Source: Chiloscyllium plagiosum | Lineage: Eukaryota | Reading direction: 5' to 3' | Assembly: GCF_004010195.1 (NCBI RefSeq) | Contig: NC_057718.1 | Span: 16,952,268 to 17,016,267 of the forward strand | DNA length: 64,000 nt | Shown: positions 51,701-64,000 of the stretch, in pieces | Layout of the letters: each line of letters opens with the position of its first letter | Numbering within the stretch: the first letter of the stretch is position 1 | Position numbers and translations under genes: made by a program | Notes under the pieces: generated by a model | What the model was told of the DNA's origin: nothing | The model's database searches: none | The model's input: only the letters and a program-made list of their open reading frames with translations

Positions 51701-54594
51701 TTGAGAAAAGAAGCGAGTCAAACAGTCAGGGCAGGCAGGGACACAGCAGAGAACAAGGTAGGGCTGATCAATAAAACTGTATTTAGTTCAATGCAAGACG
51801 CCGAACAGGGAAGGCAGTTGAACTCAGGGCATGGTTAGGAATATGGGACTGGGATATCATAGCAATTACAGAAAAGTGACTCGGGGATGGACAGGACTGG
51901 CAGCTTAATGTTCCAGGATACAAATGCTACAGGAAGATCAAAAAGGCAGGCAATAGAGGAGGGGAATGGCATTTTTGGTAAGGGATAGCATTACAGCTGT
52001 ACTGAGGGAGGATATTCCTGGAAATACATCCCGGGAAGTTATTTGTGTTGAACTGAGAAATAAGAAAGGGATGACCACCTTATTGGGATTGTATTATAGA
52101 CGCCCTAATAGTCAGAGGGAAATTGAGAAACAGATTTGTAAGGAGATCTGTTATCTGTAAGAATAATAGGGTAGTTATGGACAGGGATTTTAACATTCCA
52201 CACACAGACTGGGGCTACCATAATGTTAAGAGTTTAGATGGAGAGGAATTTGTTAAGTGTGTACAAGAACATCTTCTGATTCAGTATGTGGATGTACCTA
52301 CTGGAGAAGGTGCAAAACTTGCCTTACTCTTGGGAAATAGGGCAGGGCAGGTGACTGAGGTGTCAGTGGGGAGCACTTTGGGGCCACTGACCATAATTCT
52401 ATTAATTTTAAAATAGTGATGGAAAAGGATAGACCAGATCTAAAAGTTGAAGTTCTAAATTTGAGGAAGGCTAATTTTGATGGTATTAGGCAAGAACTTT
52501 TAAAAGCTGATTGGGGGGGTGGGTGCAGATGTTTGCAGGTAAAGGGACGGCTCAAAAATGGGAGGCCTTCAGAAATGAGATAACAAGAGTTCAGAGAAAG
52601 TATATTCCTATCAGGGTGAAAGGAAAGGCTGGTAGGTGTAGGGAATGCTGGATGATTAAAGAAAGTGGGGATTTAGTTAAGAAAAAGAAGGAAGCATATG
52701 TCAGGCATAGACAAGACAGATCAAATGAATCTTAGAGTATAAAGGCAGTAGGAGTATATTTAAAAGGGAAATCAGGAGGGCAAAAAGGGAAAATGAAATA
52801 GCTTTGGCAAATAAAGTTAGAGAATCCAGAGGGTTTTTCCAATACATTAAGGATAAAAGGGTAATTAGTGAGAGAATAGGTCAGCCAGGCAGCATTTGTG
52901 TGGAGATGGGGGAATACTAGACGAGTATTTGTTTAGTATCAGTGTTTACTATGGAAAAGGACATGGAAGGTATAGAATGTAGGGAAATAGGTGGTGATAT
53001 CTTGAAGTGAATGCGGAAGTGCTGGATGTCCTGAAACACATAAAAATAGATAAATCCCCAGGACCTGATCAGATGTACCCTAGAATTCTGTGGGAAGCTA
53101 GGGAAATGATTGCTGGGCCCCTTGCTGAGATATTTGTATCATCAGTAGTCACAGATGAGGTGCTGGAAGACTGGAGGTTGGCTAACATGGTGCCACTATT
53201 TAAGAAGGGTGGTAAGGACAAGCCAGGGAACTATAGACCAGTGAGCCTGACTTCGGTGGTGGGAATCCTGAGGGACAGGATATACATGTATTTGGAAAGG
53301 CAAGGACTGATTAGGTATAGTCAACATGGCTTTGTGCATGGGATACCATGTCTCACAAACTTGATGAGATTTTTGAAGAAGTAATAAAGAGGATTAAGGA
53401 GGGCAGAGTGGTAGACATGATCTATATGGACTTCAGTAAGGCATCTGACAAGGTTCCCCATGGGAGACTGGTTAGCAAGGTTAGATTTTATGGAATACAG
53501 GGAGAACTAGCCATTTGGATACAGAACTGGCTCAAAGGTGGAAGAAGACAGAGGGTTGTGGTGGAGGGTTGTTATTCAAACTGGAAGCCTGTGACCAGTG
53601 GAGTGCCACAAGGATCAGTGCTGGGTCGATTACTTTCAATCATTTTTATAAATTATTTAGATGCAAGCATAAAAGATATAATTATTAAGTTTGCAGATGA
53701 CACCAAAATTGGAGGTGTAGTAGACAGCGAAGAAGGTTACCTCAGATTGTAAAAGGATCTTGATCAGATGTGCCAATGGGCTGAGAAGTGGCAGATGGAG
53801 TTTAATTCAGAAATGCGGGGTGCTATGTTTTGGGAAAGCAAATCTTAGCAGGACTTATACACTTAATGGTAAGGTCCTAGGGATTGTTGCTGAACAAAGA
53901 GACCTTGGAGTGCAGGTTCACAGCTCCTTGAAAGTGGAATCGCAGATAGATAGGATAGTGAAGAAGGCGTTTGGTATGCTTTCCTTTATTGGTCAGAGTA
54001 TTGAGTACANNNNNNNNNNNNNNNNNNNNNNNNNNNNNNNNNNNNNNNNNNNNNNNNNNNNNNNNNNNNNNNNNNNNNNNNNNNNNNNNNNNCAGAACTA
54101 GAGGGCATAGGTTTAGGGTGGGAGGGAAAAGATATAAAAGAGAACAAAGGAGCAATGTTCTCATGCAGAGGATGGTACATGTATGGAATGAGCTGCTAGA
54201 GGATGTGGTGGAGGCTAGTACAATTGCAACATTTAAAGGCATCTGGGTGGGTATATGAATAGGAGGGGTTTGGAGGGATATGGGCCGGGTGCTGGCAGGT
54301 GGGACTAGATTGGGTTGGGATAACTGGTCGACATGGACGAGTTAGACCAAAGGGTCTGTTTCTGTGCTGTAAATCTCTGACTCTAGTACCTTCCACAAGA
54401 AAGCGCATGATCTGACTGATCATGTGATGGCGATGTGGAGTCCAGTCCTCTGCCCTGCGACACCTAGTGCCAGGGATGGGAATCATGTAACAGCAGAAAG
54501 GAGTTTGCCTCATTTTTAAAAAAAGTTGGCAATTCACAAATCGCTTTACAGAAATATCGTGTTTAACAAACTAACACTATAGGTGAACTACCTG
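48781..54594 (-). mobile_element. Tigger/pogo-like element copy B (48781-50127 plus 54387-54594), split by a CR1 LINE
   Basis: Reverse complement of 38924-40610; terminus GGTGAACTACCTG|TA. Confidence 0.6.
50128..54386 (+). mobile_element. Near full-length CR1 LINE (5' UTR, ORF1 zinc finger/SGNH esterase, ORF2 APE+RT, 3' tail), inactivated
   Basis: ORF1 ATG at 50727 with CSSC, CLP.GARVQD, HIGTND and DGLHL. ORF2 with [43 protein letters not shown] and [10 protein letters not shown]. Many stops and frameshifts; 83-N gap at 54010-54092. Confidence 0.95.
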
Positions 54595-55004
54595 TAGATG
54601 CTGTAAATCTGAATTAATCTAGTAGTAGCTGTGGGGAGAGAAACAAGAGTTGGTTTCTCCAAGGGATTAGGATGTTATGAGAAAGTGATCTGAGGTTTTA
54701 TCCGTTCTGATCTTACATTAAAATATGTATTTCCTGCTGTGCAGATGCTTCCAGACCTAAGTATTTCTAGCATTTTCTGTCTTAACATAGAAACTTGCTG
54801 TTGAGAGGACACATTGCTACTGGTGCTTACTGGATTGATGAGATCTGGAGTTAGACAGGAGATTGCAGGACTTTAAAATTGTAATGTTAAATTTGAGTAG
54901 ATTGATATTTGTTAAAGAGCAATAAAAAGACTATTCTAATGAATTATTGTCTTGATAAGCTCTTTGGAACAGTGTGAAATATTGCTGGCATACTGTCTCC
55001 AAAG

Positions 55005-55215
55005 TTTAAAAATCACAACGCCAGGTTATAGTCCAACGGGTTTATTTGGCAGCACTACCTTTCAGAGCACTGCTCCTTCATCAACCACCTGATGAAGGAG
55101 CTGTGCTTCGAAACTAGTGCTTCCAAATAAACCCGTTGGACTATGACCTGGTGTTGTGATTTTTAACTTTGTACACCCCAGTCCAATATCAGCACCTGCA
55201 AATCCAGTCTCCAAA
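55005..55215. mobile_element. Second-family fold-back element with hammerhead-like cores
   Basis: Palindrome centred at about 55085; + strand core CTGATGAAGGAGCTGTGCTTCGAAACTA starting at 55089. Confidence 0.75.
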
Positions 55216-56628
55216 GAAGTACTATTAACTAAATTAAGCCAATTAAAAATAATTAGATTCAACATAATATTACATAATATTCTGAAAATGTTTTATTTTC
55301 TTTATTTTTGCACTCGTGAATTGGTTGTGTTAATAAATTTCTAAAGTTGAAACTGCATTTGGTTATCAGTTCTCCTCCATCTCACTAAAATGGAAATATT
55401 GCTGCATGTCAAATTTTAACATATTTTAATATTTTAATCTTGCCCCATTTTATAACCATGTTGAGGTTGAGGGGCGCTTCTGAAGTAAATCTGAAAGGTC
55501 CCTGTGTTAGTGAAATGTAATTCCCTGAAAGGTGGATATTGTATCAGAATTAACGTGTGAACAGGGCTGATTTGATCAGTCAGGCTAAACATACTTTGGT
55601 AAGTTGTTTTATATTTCATTCCCTTTCCCTTCTTCTTAATCTCCAACATAATGTGTCCAGTTCAAGCCGCAATAATTTCAGAAAAGGTGAAGCCTCCCTA
55701 TTCTTCTGTTACCTGCCAGAAATGGCAAAAATGGAAAATTTCTATTCCTGTACAATTTTGTTTTAATAAAGTCACATATTGAGATCTTGAGGTAAGCTGA
55801 AAATCGAACAGTTTATTATATTTCTTGCAATGTGTCATATTCTTAAGTATATGTACCTGTGAGATTTTGAAATTAGCTTATTAGTCTTGTCTAGTCAGCA
55901 GGTAACTTTAACTTTAACTAAATTTTAACTTTTAAAAACATTAAGCTCAGTATGAATAATTATTTTCTTGTTAGGTAGGGTGTTATGAGTACAGTTGACA
56001 GTTGATGTGTTTTTATATAAATACTGTGGCTACAGGATTGTCAGAAGTTGGGAATTTGCCTTCTGGCTGCTGAAAGTGTTCAGTCATTTTCAAGGCACAG
56101 TCAGGAATATGATGGACACTGTCAACTGGCCTAGATGAAGGCAGTTCCACTGATAGTCAGCTCATCGTCCAGGACAAAGTAGCCCACTTGATTGACACCT
56201 CATCCACTAACTTAAATGTTTTTTTTCTTCATGCTCAGCCTGGGTAGGTAATGGGGGTGGAAACTGAGACATCTTGAGCTCAGGGTATCTGCAAATTGAT
56301 TTACCCACCTCCCCATTCTTACCAGCCTTTCTGAGAAGCAACTTTCAAAGTGTCTTTGCACTCTCACCCACTAACCAGCTTCTTATGGCAGTGGAGGAAG
56401 GCAGATTGAGACCCTTAATTAGTATATAAAAGATCTCTGCAATCTTAAAGAGAGGTATCTTGGTGGGAATCATACTCAATCTTCTATTATTGAGAATGAG
56501 CAGAAATTGGCCACCTGACATTTTACATGCCTTATCCACTAATCCTCACTGAAAACAAAGCATGGCAGAGAACTAACAGTACATATTTGTTTCTGCAGTT
56601 TCATGAAATGCACTTTTTTTTTTAAAAG

Positions 56629-56680
56629 GAGATTTCATCAATTCTGCAAGAGTTGAAAAAAGTAGAGAAACAACTTCAAG
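56629..56680 (+). CDS. CEP170: CEP170 penultimate exon (EISSILQELKKVEKQLQ)
   Basis: T-tract plus aaAG acceptor; donor AAG|GTAATT, phase 1; near-identical to the CEP170 coiled-coil motif. Confidence 0.95.
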
Positions 56681-56986
56681 GTAATTGGTATTATACATTT
56701 TTCAACCTTTTTCACCTGGTATATCATTAGCATTCTTTGTATTTATATCATCAGTTATATTTTAAAATATGTTTTAATGAGACTAACCAACTTGTGGATC
56801 TGTTCCAATAATCATAAAAATGGAATTGGCTTTTCAAAAATAAATGCTGTCAGTAATGAGAATGAGTGCTGATTTTACATGAAACACAAATTGAGAGAAA
56901 AATTTGGAGAAAGATCTAAAATAGAGAATTGTCACTTGTGATTCATTGAAATCAGTTATTTAACAGTTAGTGTTTTTCCTTTTCAG

Positions 56987-57192
56987 CCATCAGTGTGATT
57001 ATTGATCCAGACGGTACTTTGGATTCAGCATGTGGCCTGAAATTATCGAGTCCCAGTTTGCTCGGACAAACCAAGCACAAGACAAGTTCAGACCGAAGTC
57101 CTCCGATCACAGGCTCTAATTCTGACTGCCACAACCATTTCAGCCAATATGTACACAATGGGGAGGACAGAGAGAATTCTTTGCATGACTGA
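56987..57192 (+). CDS. CEP170: CEP170 terminal coding exon (AISVIIDPDGTLD...ENSLHD*)
   Basis: Acceptor tttttccttttcAG, phase 1; IDPDGTL motif; TGA at 57190-57192. Confidence 0.93.
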
Positions 57193-59162
57193 CCTTTTTT
57201 TTTGTCTCTTCAAAATGGCAGAGCATATATCAACAGGCACGATAGTTTTGGTCTGGCCTATGTTATTGAGAACAGTTGTGCTTGCCACTTACTAGCCTTG
57301 AGGTGTTTTCCTGCTTTCTGTGGTGCTTTCCTCACCACATAACTTTTGCTATGGCTGTAAGCTTTGCATCCATCAAATAATGAAACATTAGGGAGACAGA
57401 CGTCACATTGTCACATGTGTCCAGTGAAATGTGAACACATCGATGGCTCTTCTAGCCACATGAGTCATCTTCAAAACAAAATGGAGAAGCAAATTGGCAT
57501 TATTATAAAAACTGGAATAGAAATGTTGTGTTTAAGCACTGTTTAAATGGACTAATATATAGACAACACAAGCTTAGAATATCAAAAACATCAGTGCCAA
57601 ACTACTCAGTATATTGGTCAGTTGAACAACGTTCTGTTGCATCAAAGAACTGCTGTTGGTTATTTATGTGTTTAGTATGTAAACCACAGACTCCACATAG
57701 GATATTGCTTAACTGTACAAAGTAGAAAACATATTCAGTAATTATTGTAATTTTGGATAAGAATCTCTGCTTTATGCTGTGATCAGAAGTTGGTTGATGA
57801 TTTTTAATGCTGAAAAGTCATGTTGATTACAACACTATTAGTGTTATACAATATTGCACTATTAACTTGCAAGTTAAAGGATGGGAACGTTATGTTGGCA
57901 ACTGGGTCTTGTTTAACACTCTCTTTATTCATTAGATTTTAAACAAAACCATAAATAAGCAAAAGTTAACACATTGCCTTGTGGATTGCAAACACTGTTG
58001 CCATTTAAGAGGAGTAATTGGGATGCTCATTGTGCAGTGTGCTGATCAACCTATCAAAGGACCAATCTCAAATCAGTAGCCCTCAAATGATTCACTCCAA
58101 CAAAATCTTGGTAACCCTACTTAATTTGTAGAAAATCAGTGCATAATAAGTGATAAAAACAAACTTGATAGATTAAGGGGCACTGTGAGGCAGTTCCACC
58201 TCCCTGGTATAGTTTTGTACCTAATTTAAGTTGATGCGAGAAAGTCTCTTGTGAATTTGCCTCATCAACATTAAATGTGTTCAGGGCATTCTCAATGTAG
58301 TTTTTGTTTAAAATTGAGTTAAGATGATAAAGTTGCTCTTAACAGGTAGTCCACTCAAGCATGGAAGTGGAAATAAAAAGTTAAACCGGGATTCTAATTA
58401 TGCTGCCATGTAATGTACTTTAAAGGTAGGTTTAGCACATACAGTATCTTGTTGCTTTGGATACTGACTTGATGACAAAAGTACCCCATTCTCATCAGAA
58501 TGTCCTTTACTTTAAATGTTATTATTGAAACTGGAAATAGGAAAATATCCATCCTCACCACATGCACAACACAACTCTCATCCAAATGACAGAAGGACAT
58601 CTCTTCATTCTGCTCCCTCATTTAAAATTAACTTGGTCAATATCAATCCATTTCTTAGGGATCGCAGTATGGATTTGTTGCTTGTCTTTGTAACGTTGTT
58701 TAGAAGCTATATAAATAACTGAAGTGAGAAATGGAAACTGGAATGATGACAGTGAAATGTATATTTCGGAGCATGGAATTAGGTTGAATAGTTGCGATGT
58801 TAAAGAGATTGATATAATATCTTACCTGATATCAGTACTAGCTAGCAGAGATTTCCTGTTTTCTCCATAATTGATGTTACCTATGTTGATCAGCACAAAT
58901 CAAGGTAAAGCTCCACATTCTATCTCAATGGGAAATATGATCTTAACATATTTAAGATTTAGTAATAGAACACTTTACTGTTTAGGTATGTCTTGATTTG
59001 ATTAAATTCCTTCTTTTATGTTATTAGAACTAATCCCTCTACTTCCATCCAGTTTCTTACTTTGCCCCTGAGTCATACACTGTGCTCAGAAAGACACATC
59101 ATGCACTTAAGATAATTCATTAATATTACTGTGAGTTTGTTGCTAAAAAATATGAACCTAGT

Positions 59163-59662
59163 NNNNNNNNNNNNNNNNNNNNNNNNNNNNNNNNNNNNNN
59201 NNNNNNNNNNNNNNNNNNNNNNNNNNNNNNNNNNNNNNNNNNNNNNNNNNNNNNNNNNNNNNNNNNNNNNNNNNNNNNNNNNNNNNNNNNNNNNNNNNNN
59301 NNNNNNNNNNNNNNNNNNNNNNNNNNNNNNNNNNNNNNNNNNNNNNNNNNNNNNNNNNNNNNNNNNNNNNNNNNNNNNNNNNNNNNNNNNNNNNNNNNNN
59401 NNNNNNNNNNNNNNNNNNNNNNNNNNNNNNNNNNNNNNNNNNNNNNNNNNNNNNNNNNNNNNNNNNNNNNNNNNNNNNNNNNNNNNNNNNNNNNNNNNNN
59501 NNNNNNNNNNNNNNNNNNNNNNNNNNNNNNNNNNNNNNNNNNNNNNNNNNNNNNNNNNNNNNNNNNNNNNNNNNNNNNNNNNNNNNNNNNNNNNNNNNNN
59601 NNNNNNNNNNNNNNNNNNNNNNNNNNNNNNNNNNNNNNNNNNNNNNNNNNNNNNNNNNNNNN
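59163..59662. other. Assembly gap (500 N)
   Basis: Run of N. Confidence 1.
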
Positions 59663-60862
59663 TACCTGACTCACTGGTAACATTGCCTTTTTTTTAATAC
59701 GGAAGGGTCTTAAAAACTTTGAATTTTTTTTCTTTATGGTCTAACTTTGCGTTAAAGGAGTGCTGCATGATCTGTGATTTAGGTGACATTGTAAAAAGAA
59801 AGGAAGTCCGAGAGCAACACCAACCCAATTCTATTTGGGTTTCAAATAATGTCCTATTTAAGTGTGGATAATCCAAAGGTGTATTTAAAAACATAAGACC
59901 TCCTGTCGTATTTTCAATTTTTATATTCACATGATTAAAATACTACTAAAAAAAGTCCCAGTTGTTTTGTTGTTCACAAACTATGCTAGTAATTTCCAAA
60001 TTGATTGTCTACAGCCTTGTATACAAAGACTGTCCTTCTGAAAGTTTTCAAGTTGTTGTAATTGTAGCTTTTACTGGACTTTACATTGATCTAGATTATT
60101 CCATTCCACTAGCATACCATTCTAACACTGAAGCTCTTATTCAAAAGCATAATTGAACAACCAAGCAATACTCAGTGTGTTTTATAAAGGATGTTTGCAT
60201 TGGCACACTTATCTTTCACATCTGTTCAATTATGACATGGTATTATGAGTTGCCTATGATGTTGTGAATATATATATCTCTAACATTTATTTGTCATATT
60301 CCACAATTTTAATCAAAAATTGATCCCAGAGTATTCCAACTAATCTAAACTGTAGTTAATAGTGTGAATTCAATGATACATAAGTGTGCAGTATTGCACA
60401 CTATGTCAGACCTTAGTAACTAGTAACAGACATTAGGCTATCACTCCCAATCTATATTTACAAATGCCTTTCAAATATTGTGGATTGTAAAAAGTGCTTT
60501 TCTTTTCTGAGCATTGAGAAAGGGATAATGAGACAACCAATGTTGCCTATATTCTTTGTGGCTAGAAGCTATTACAGTCCAAAAATTAGAGTTTTGCCCT
60601 ATATACTGAAAAGTGATGAGATGGTTTATGACTAAGCTTCTCTAATAAATAGTGATGAAATGATTTTTCCAACTTCTAAATATGGCTGAACGTTTCACTT
60701 TCTGTATTTGTTCATGTTTACACATTTATTGTAATTTGTAATATTGTCTTTTGTTTTGCAGTTACATAGTTTTCTCTTGATTTTGTACAAACACTATTGG
60801 CTCTATTTATTTTTATTTGGTTATGTATGTTCATTTGTATTTTTACATTTCTAATGTGTTCA

Positions 60863-60868
60863 AATAAA
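60863..60868 (+). promoter_or_regulatory. Candidate polyadenylation signal AATAAA
   Basis: Preceded by U-rich/TGTA elements and followed by a T/GT-rich tract; other AATAAA at about 60644 and 60952. Confidence 0.55.
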
Positions 60869-63800
60869 GTTCTTTTCCCAGATTTTTGCTAAGAATGTTT
60901 GTCACAAAACTAGAAGACCATCACTGATATTTGATGGATACCTGACTTGTTAATAAAATACAAGTTTTATTTCCCCATATGATGTCTTTCATATCCTTGA
61001 ATGATAATACCAACAACAAATATATTTATAAAACTGTTGATCTTGTTTTGAGTAGTGGTGTTAATTCAATTGGATGGTGTCTGGTGTACTCACTCTTCAC
61101 TGTTACACAACAGGCTCTTTGAGATATTTTGAAAAATGGACTATTTTTATGTACCTGACTCACTGGTAACATTGCCTTTTTTTTGATACGGAAGGGTCTT
61201 AAAAACTTCCGTATCAAAGTTTTTATACGGAATTGATATACAACATGTTGAATACCAAGCTACATGTAACATTGTTCCTGCATTGGTTCTCTTGATCTGT
61301 CAATTTCTCATATCTTGCTTTCACATTTCTATGGCTTTTTGCACAATTCCTCATTGTAAGTCTCATTTTTATACTAAGTTGCAATTTGAATTGTGGGCAT
61401 TTTTACCTGTGGAGTCAAAATCGGATGGAATATCTTTTGGCAGTTCACCAGCAGAATAAGCCAGAACCTGATTGCAATTCTAAGTTAGGAGCGAAGTATT
61501 ATGCAAGGGCTTTGGGACCTGGCGCAATCTTGTGATAATATCACAACTTCATTTCAATAGGCACAAATAGTGCTCCATTGAAAGAGTTGGAACCAACTAG
61601 AAAGATTGAGATAACGCATGGACATGAGACTAGATTAGTCCTTATCAATATAACTATATGTCAGACCCTGGTAGATCTATAATTAAAACTAAACACTGTT
61701 ACATGATAATGTAAAATAATTAGTTACTTCAAAGTCTAAGACAGTAGACCGTTCTTGACTTTGTCTTATCTCTGTCCTGAACCCAAACTCCAAGTGTGGC
61801 ATAAAACACTACAATAAAAGATGGTCAAAGTTGCGGGATTAACTGCCTAGAAAATTGACAATTGATTTTCCAGAAACGAGACCTGAAATTCTCTACAGAA
61901 TGCAAACCATTGTTTGTTACCAGTGATTTCTTGTTAACTTTTAGAACAGCTAGCGTTTAGAAAAGCCTCACTTGAACACAAGGTGTGACGGAAATGTTGC
62001 TGAACAGAAAACTCTTCCAGACAGTATCAAATTACTGTAAATCTCAAAAAGCCTTACAGGCAATAAGAGGAAGTAAGCATTTAAAGAAGCATTGAATGCA
62101 GTAAAAGCATACTAATAGCTAGAAGGACAAATGAATTCTGTGGAAAGAGATTGCTTTTCAACACCAAAAGCAGATTTCATCTCTTGAAGGTGCAAGATGC
62201 TATTGTTTTTACTCAAAAAGCTATGAAAAGGACCACTGTTGAGTAGTCTGACATAAAGTTAACATTTCTGACCTGTTTATGCAGATAAAATTAAAAATAA
62301 GAATTTTCAAAGAGATTTAAAATTGATTGAGAAACATTAATTACAAAGCAAATCATTGTTGCAGTTCAAAGTATCAAAGCCCCAAGGGTGACCTTAATTA
62401 AGTCTATCCTATTTTGACAGTTTTGACAAATTTCAAAATTTTATTTGACAGCTAAGAAGCTTTATTGATTAAAATGTGAAAACATTGGATCAAGAAAAAG
62501 ATGGGTTTTTAAATTTGGTGCAAAGACTTCTCTGGATGCAAACAATTTGCATGATGTCAATCCAACCATCTTTGGTACTGTCAAAACAAAATCATTGGAT
62601 ATAAATTCAATATTGCTATTTTGAAAAGTTTCTACCTAGATCATTTTGAAAATGCTACTTCATCTTGGAAAATTAATATCTTCAAATGAAGATGCCATTT
62701 GGTAAAGTAAAATTGAACTTAGCATTTAAAGCAGCATAAGCTTAAGCAGTTTTCTGTTTTTGTACAATGAAAATTTGTCAACAAATTTAATCAACTGAGA
62801 ATGCTGCAAGGCAACAAATGTGTAAGGAGAACAATGTTCTTTTGAATAAAAAAAAAGTGCCTTCAACAATGAAAGAATGCGTCAAAATTTGCCAATCCAA
62901 ATCTTAGAACCAGAAAGGCTTAATTTTTCTAGTCTGTTTGATATAACACCCCTCCAATTCTATCAACTTGCATCCAATCATACTGTCAACCACTTAGAAT
63001 ATTCTGGAAACAGCCATACAAAATCATAATTGCATCAAAAGTGGTGGTGTTGTTACATGAAATAATAGTCCAATATTCATTACCAAAGTTAGTAAAATTG
63101 AGCTGGGTTGCCAATTGATCTGGTTGGGTTATAGTATTGGTCTGAATCATTGAGATGGTAATGCTATAATCTTTCATTGTTTTAAAAGGTTACTGTAGAA
63201 AACACCATTCTTAAAATTTTGAACAATGTCAGGATTGGAGCAACAGTTGAGTGCAGAACAGTTTTATTAACTTCTCTACATGGAAGAACATCAGATCATG
63301 TTACACAAATAACATTGATAAGAAGCTGATTTTAGATTTGACAAGCTCCTAACAGCATTTGATAAATATTTCACTGCAAGAACCAATAGGACACTGGCGT
63401 GATCATGTTTCAATAGCAGGTATAAATTTCCAGGAAAGCCCATTTTCTATAATTGTCTCCTAGATAAATCAGTTACTGAAATTTTTCAATCAAAATATGA
63501 TCTAATGTTAACATGAGTAGTCCAAATATTGGTGGACATAGAATCTAGGAAACTGTTGAAGAAATATTATCCATTAAGTATTGCATTTAATCAGTAGATT
63601 TTACTGAATGTGCTGACTATGTAGAGTGTAATAAACCATATCACGAGAGAAGACAGACCATTCATCTGAACAATATGTTTCATCTGAACAATATGTTACA
63701 TCTGACAACATCAACGTGAAAGTTAAGCAGTCTACTATATAGTATCTTGTTATAGGCTGGTTTCAAAACCAGGAAGGAAAAACTGTCTAGCCTTCCATCA

Positions 63801-64000
63801 ACAATGTATTTATTGTAGTAAAGTAAGTTTCTTCTCAATGATATCCTATGGTCTGAAGAATATAGTAAACTGCAAATCAAATAGTTCCCAACCTAACCTA
63901 ACATGAACCTTCATACCTTGAAACAGAAACATCGAGAACAAGTCAACACTGACATGGAGCAAGCTTCAGATATTGAGTGGTGGAGGGATCAAGCGGTCTA

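Larger units (their letters stand above)
57193..60890 (+). other. CEP170: Probable CEP170 3' UTR (end uncertain; spans a gap)
   Basis: Repeat-poor and AT-rich, with U/GU-rich tracts at 60700-60860 before AATAAA. Confidence 0.55.

Noticed and set aside
11040..57192. Assignment to the paralogue CEP170B
   Set aside because: [46 protein letters not shown] and [17 protein letters not shown] match CEP170 as I recall it; phylogeny or synteny would confirm
61900..63500. A-rich, coding-like stretch that may be a decayed DNA transposase
   Set aside because: Many stops, no convincing motif or TIR by eye; needs a frameshift-aware BLASTX/HMM search

Overview
Eukaryotic genomic DNA, almost certainly from a shark. 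This is inferred from HE1/V-SINEs, shark-type CR1/L2, Rex1/Babar and Penelope repeats. The window holds the 3' half of CEP170 (centrosomal protein 170 kDa) on the + strand. Eight coding exons are visible (11040-57192), one further required exon is absent and probably lies in the 500-N gap at 33329-33828, and the 3' UTR probably runs to about 60890. The introns are full of decayed mobile DNA: CR1 LINEs (one near full length), Rex1/Babar LINEs, a Penelope-like element with RT and GIY-YIG remnants, SINEs, a solo LTR and two inverted copies of a ~1.7 kb Tigger-like DNA element. The most interesting signals are: (i) short Penelope-derived, TSD-flanked fold-back insertions carrying minimal hammerhead-ribozyme cores; (ii) nested inverted repeats bracketing late CEP170 exons; (iii) three in-frame alternative donors on one exon. 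No prokaryotic-type system or CRISPR array is supported. Repeat family names come from motif recognition, not database searches, and repeat boundaries are approximate.
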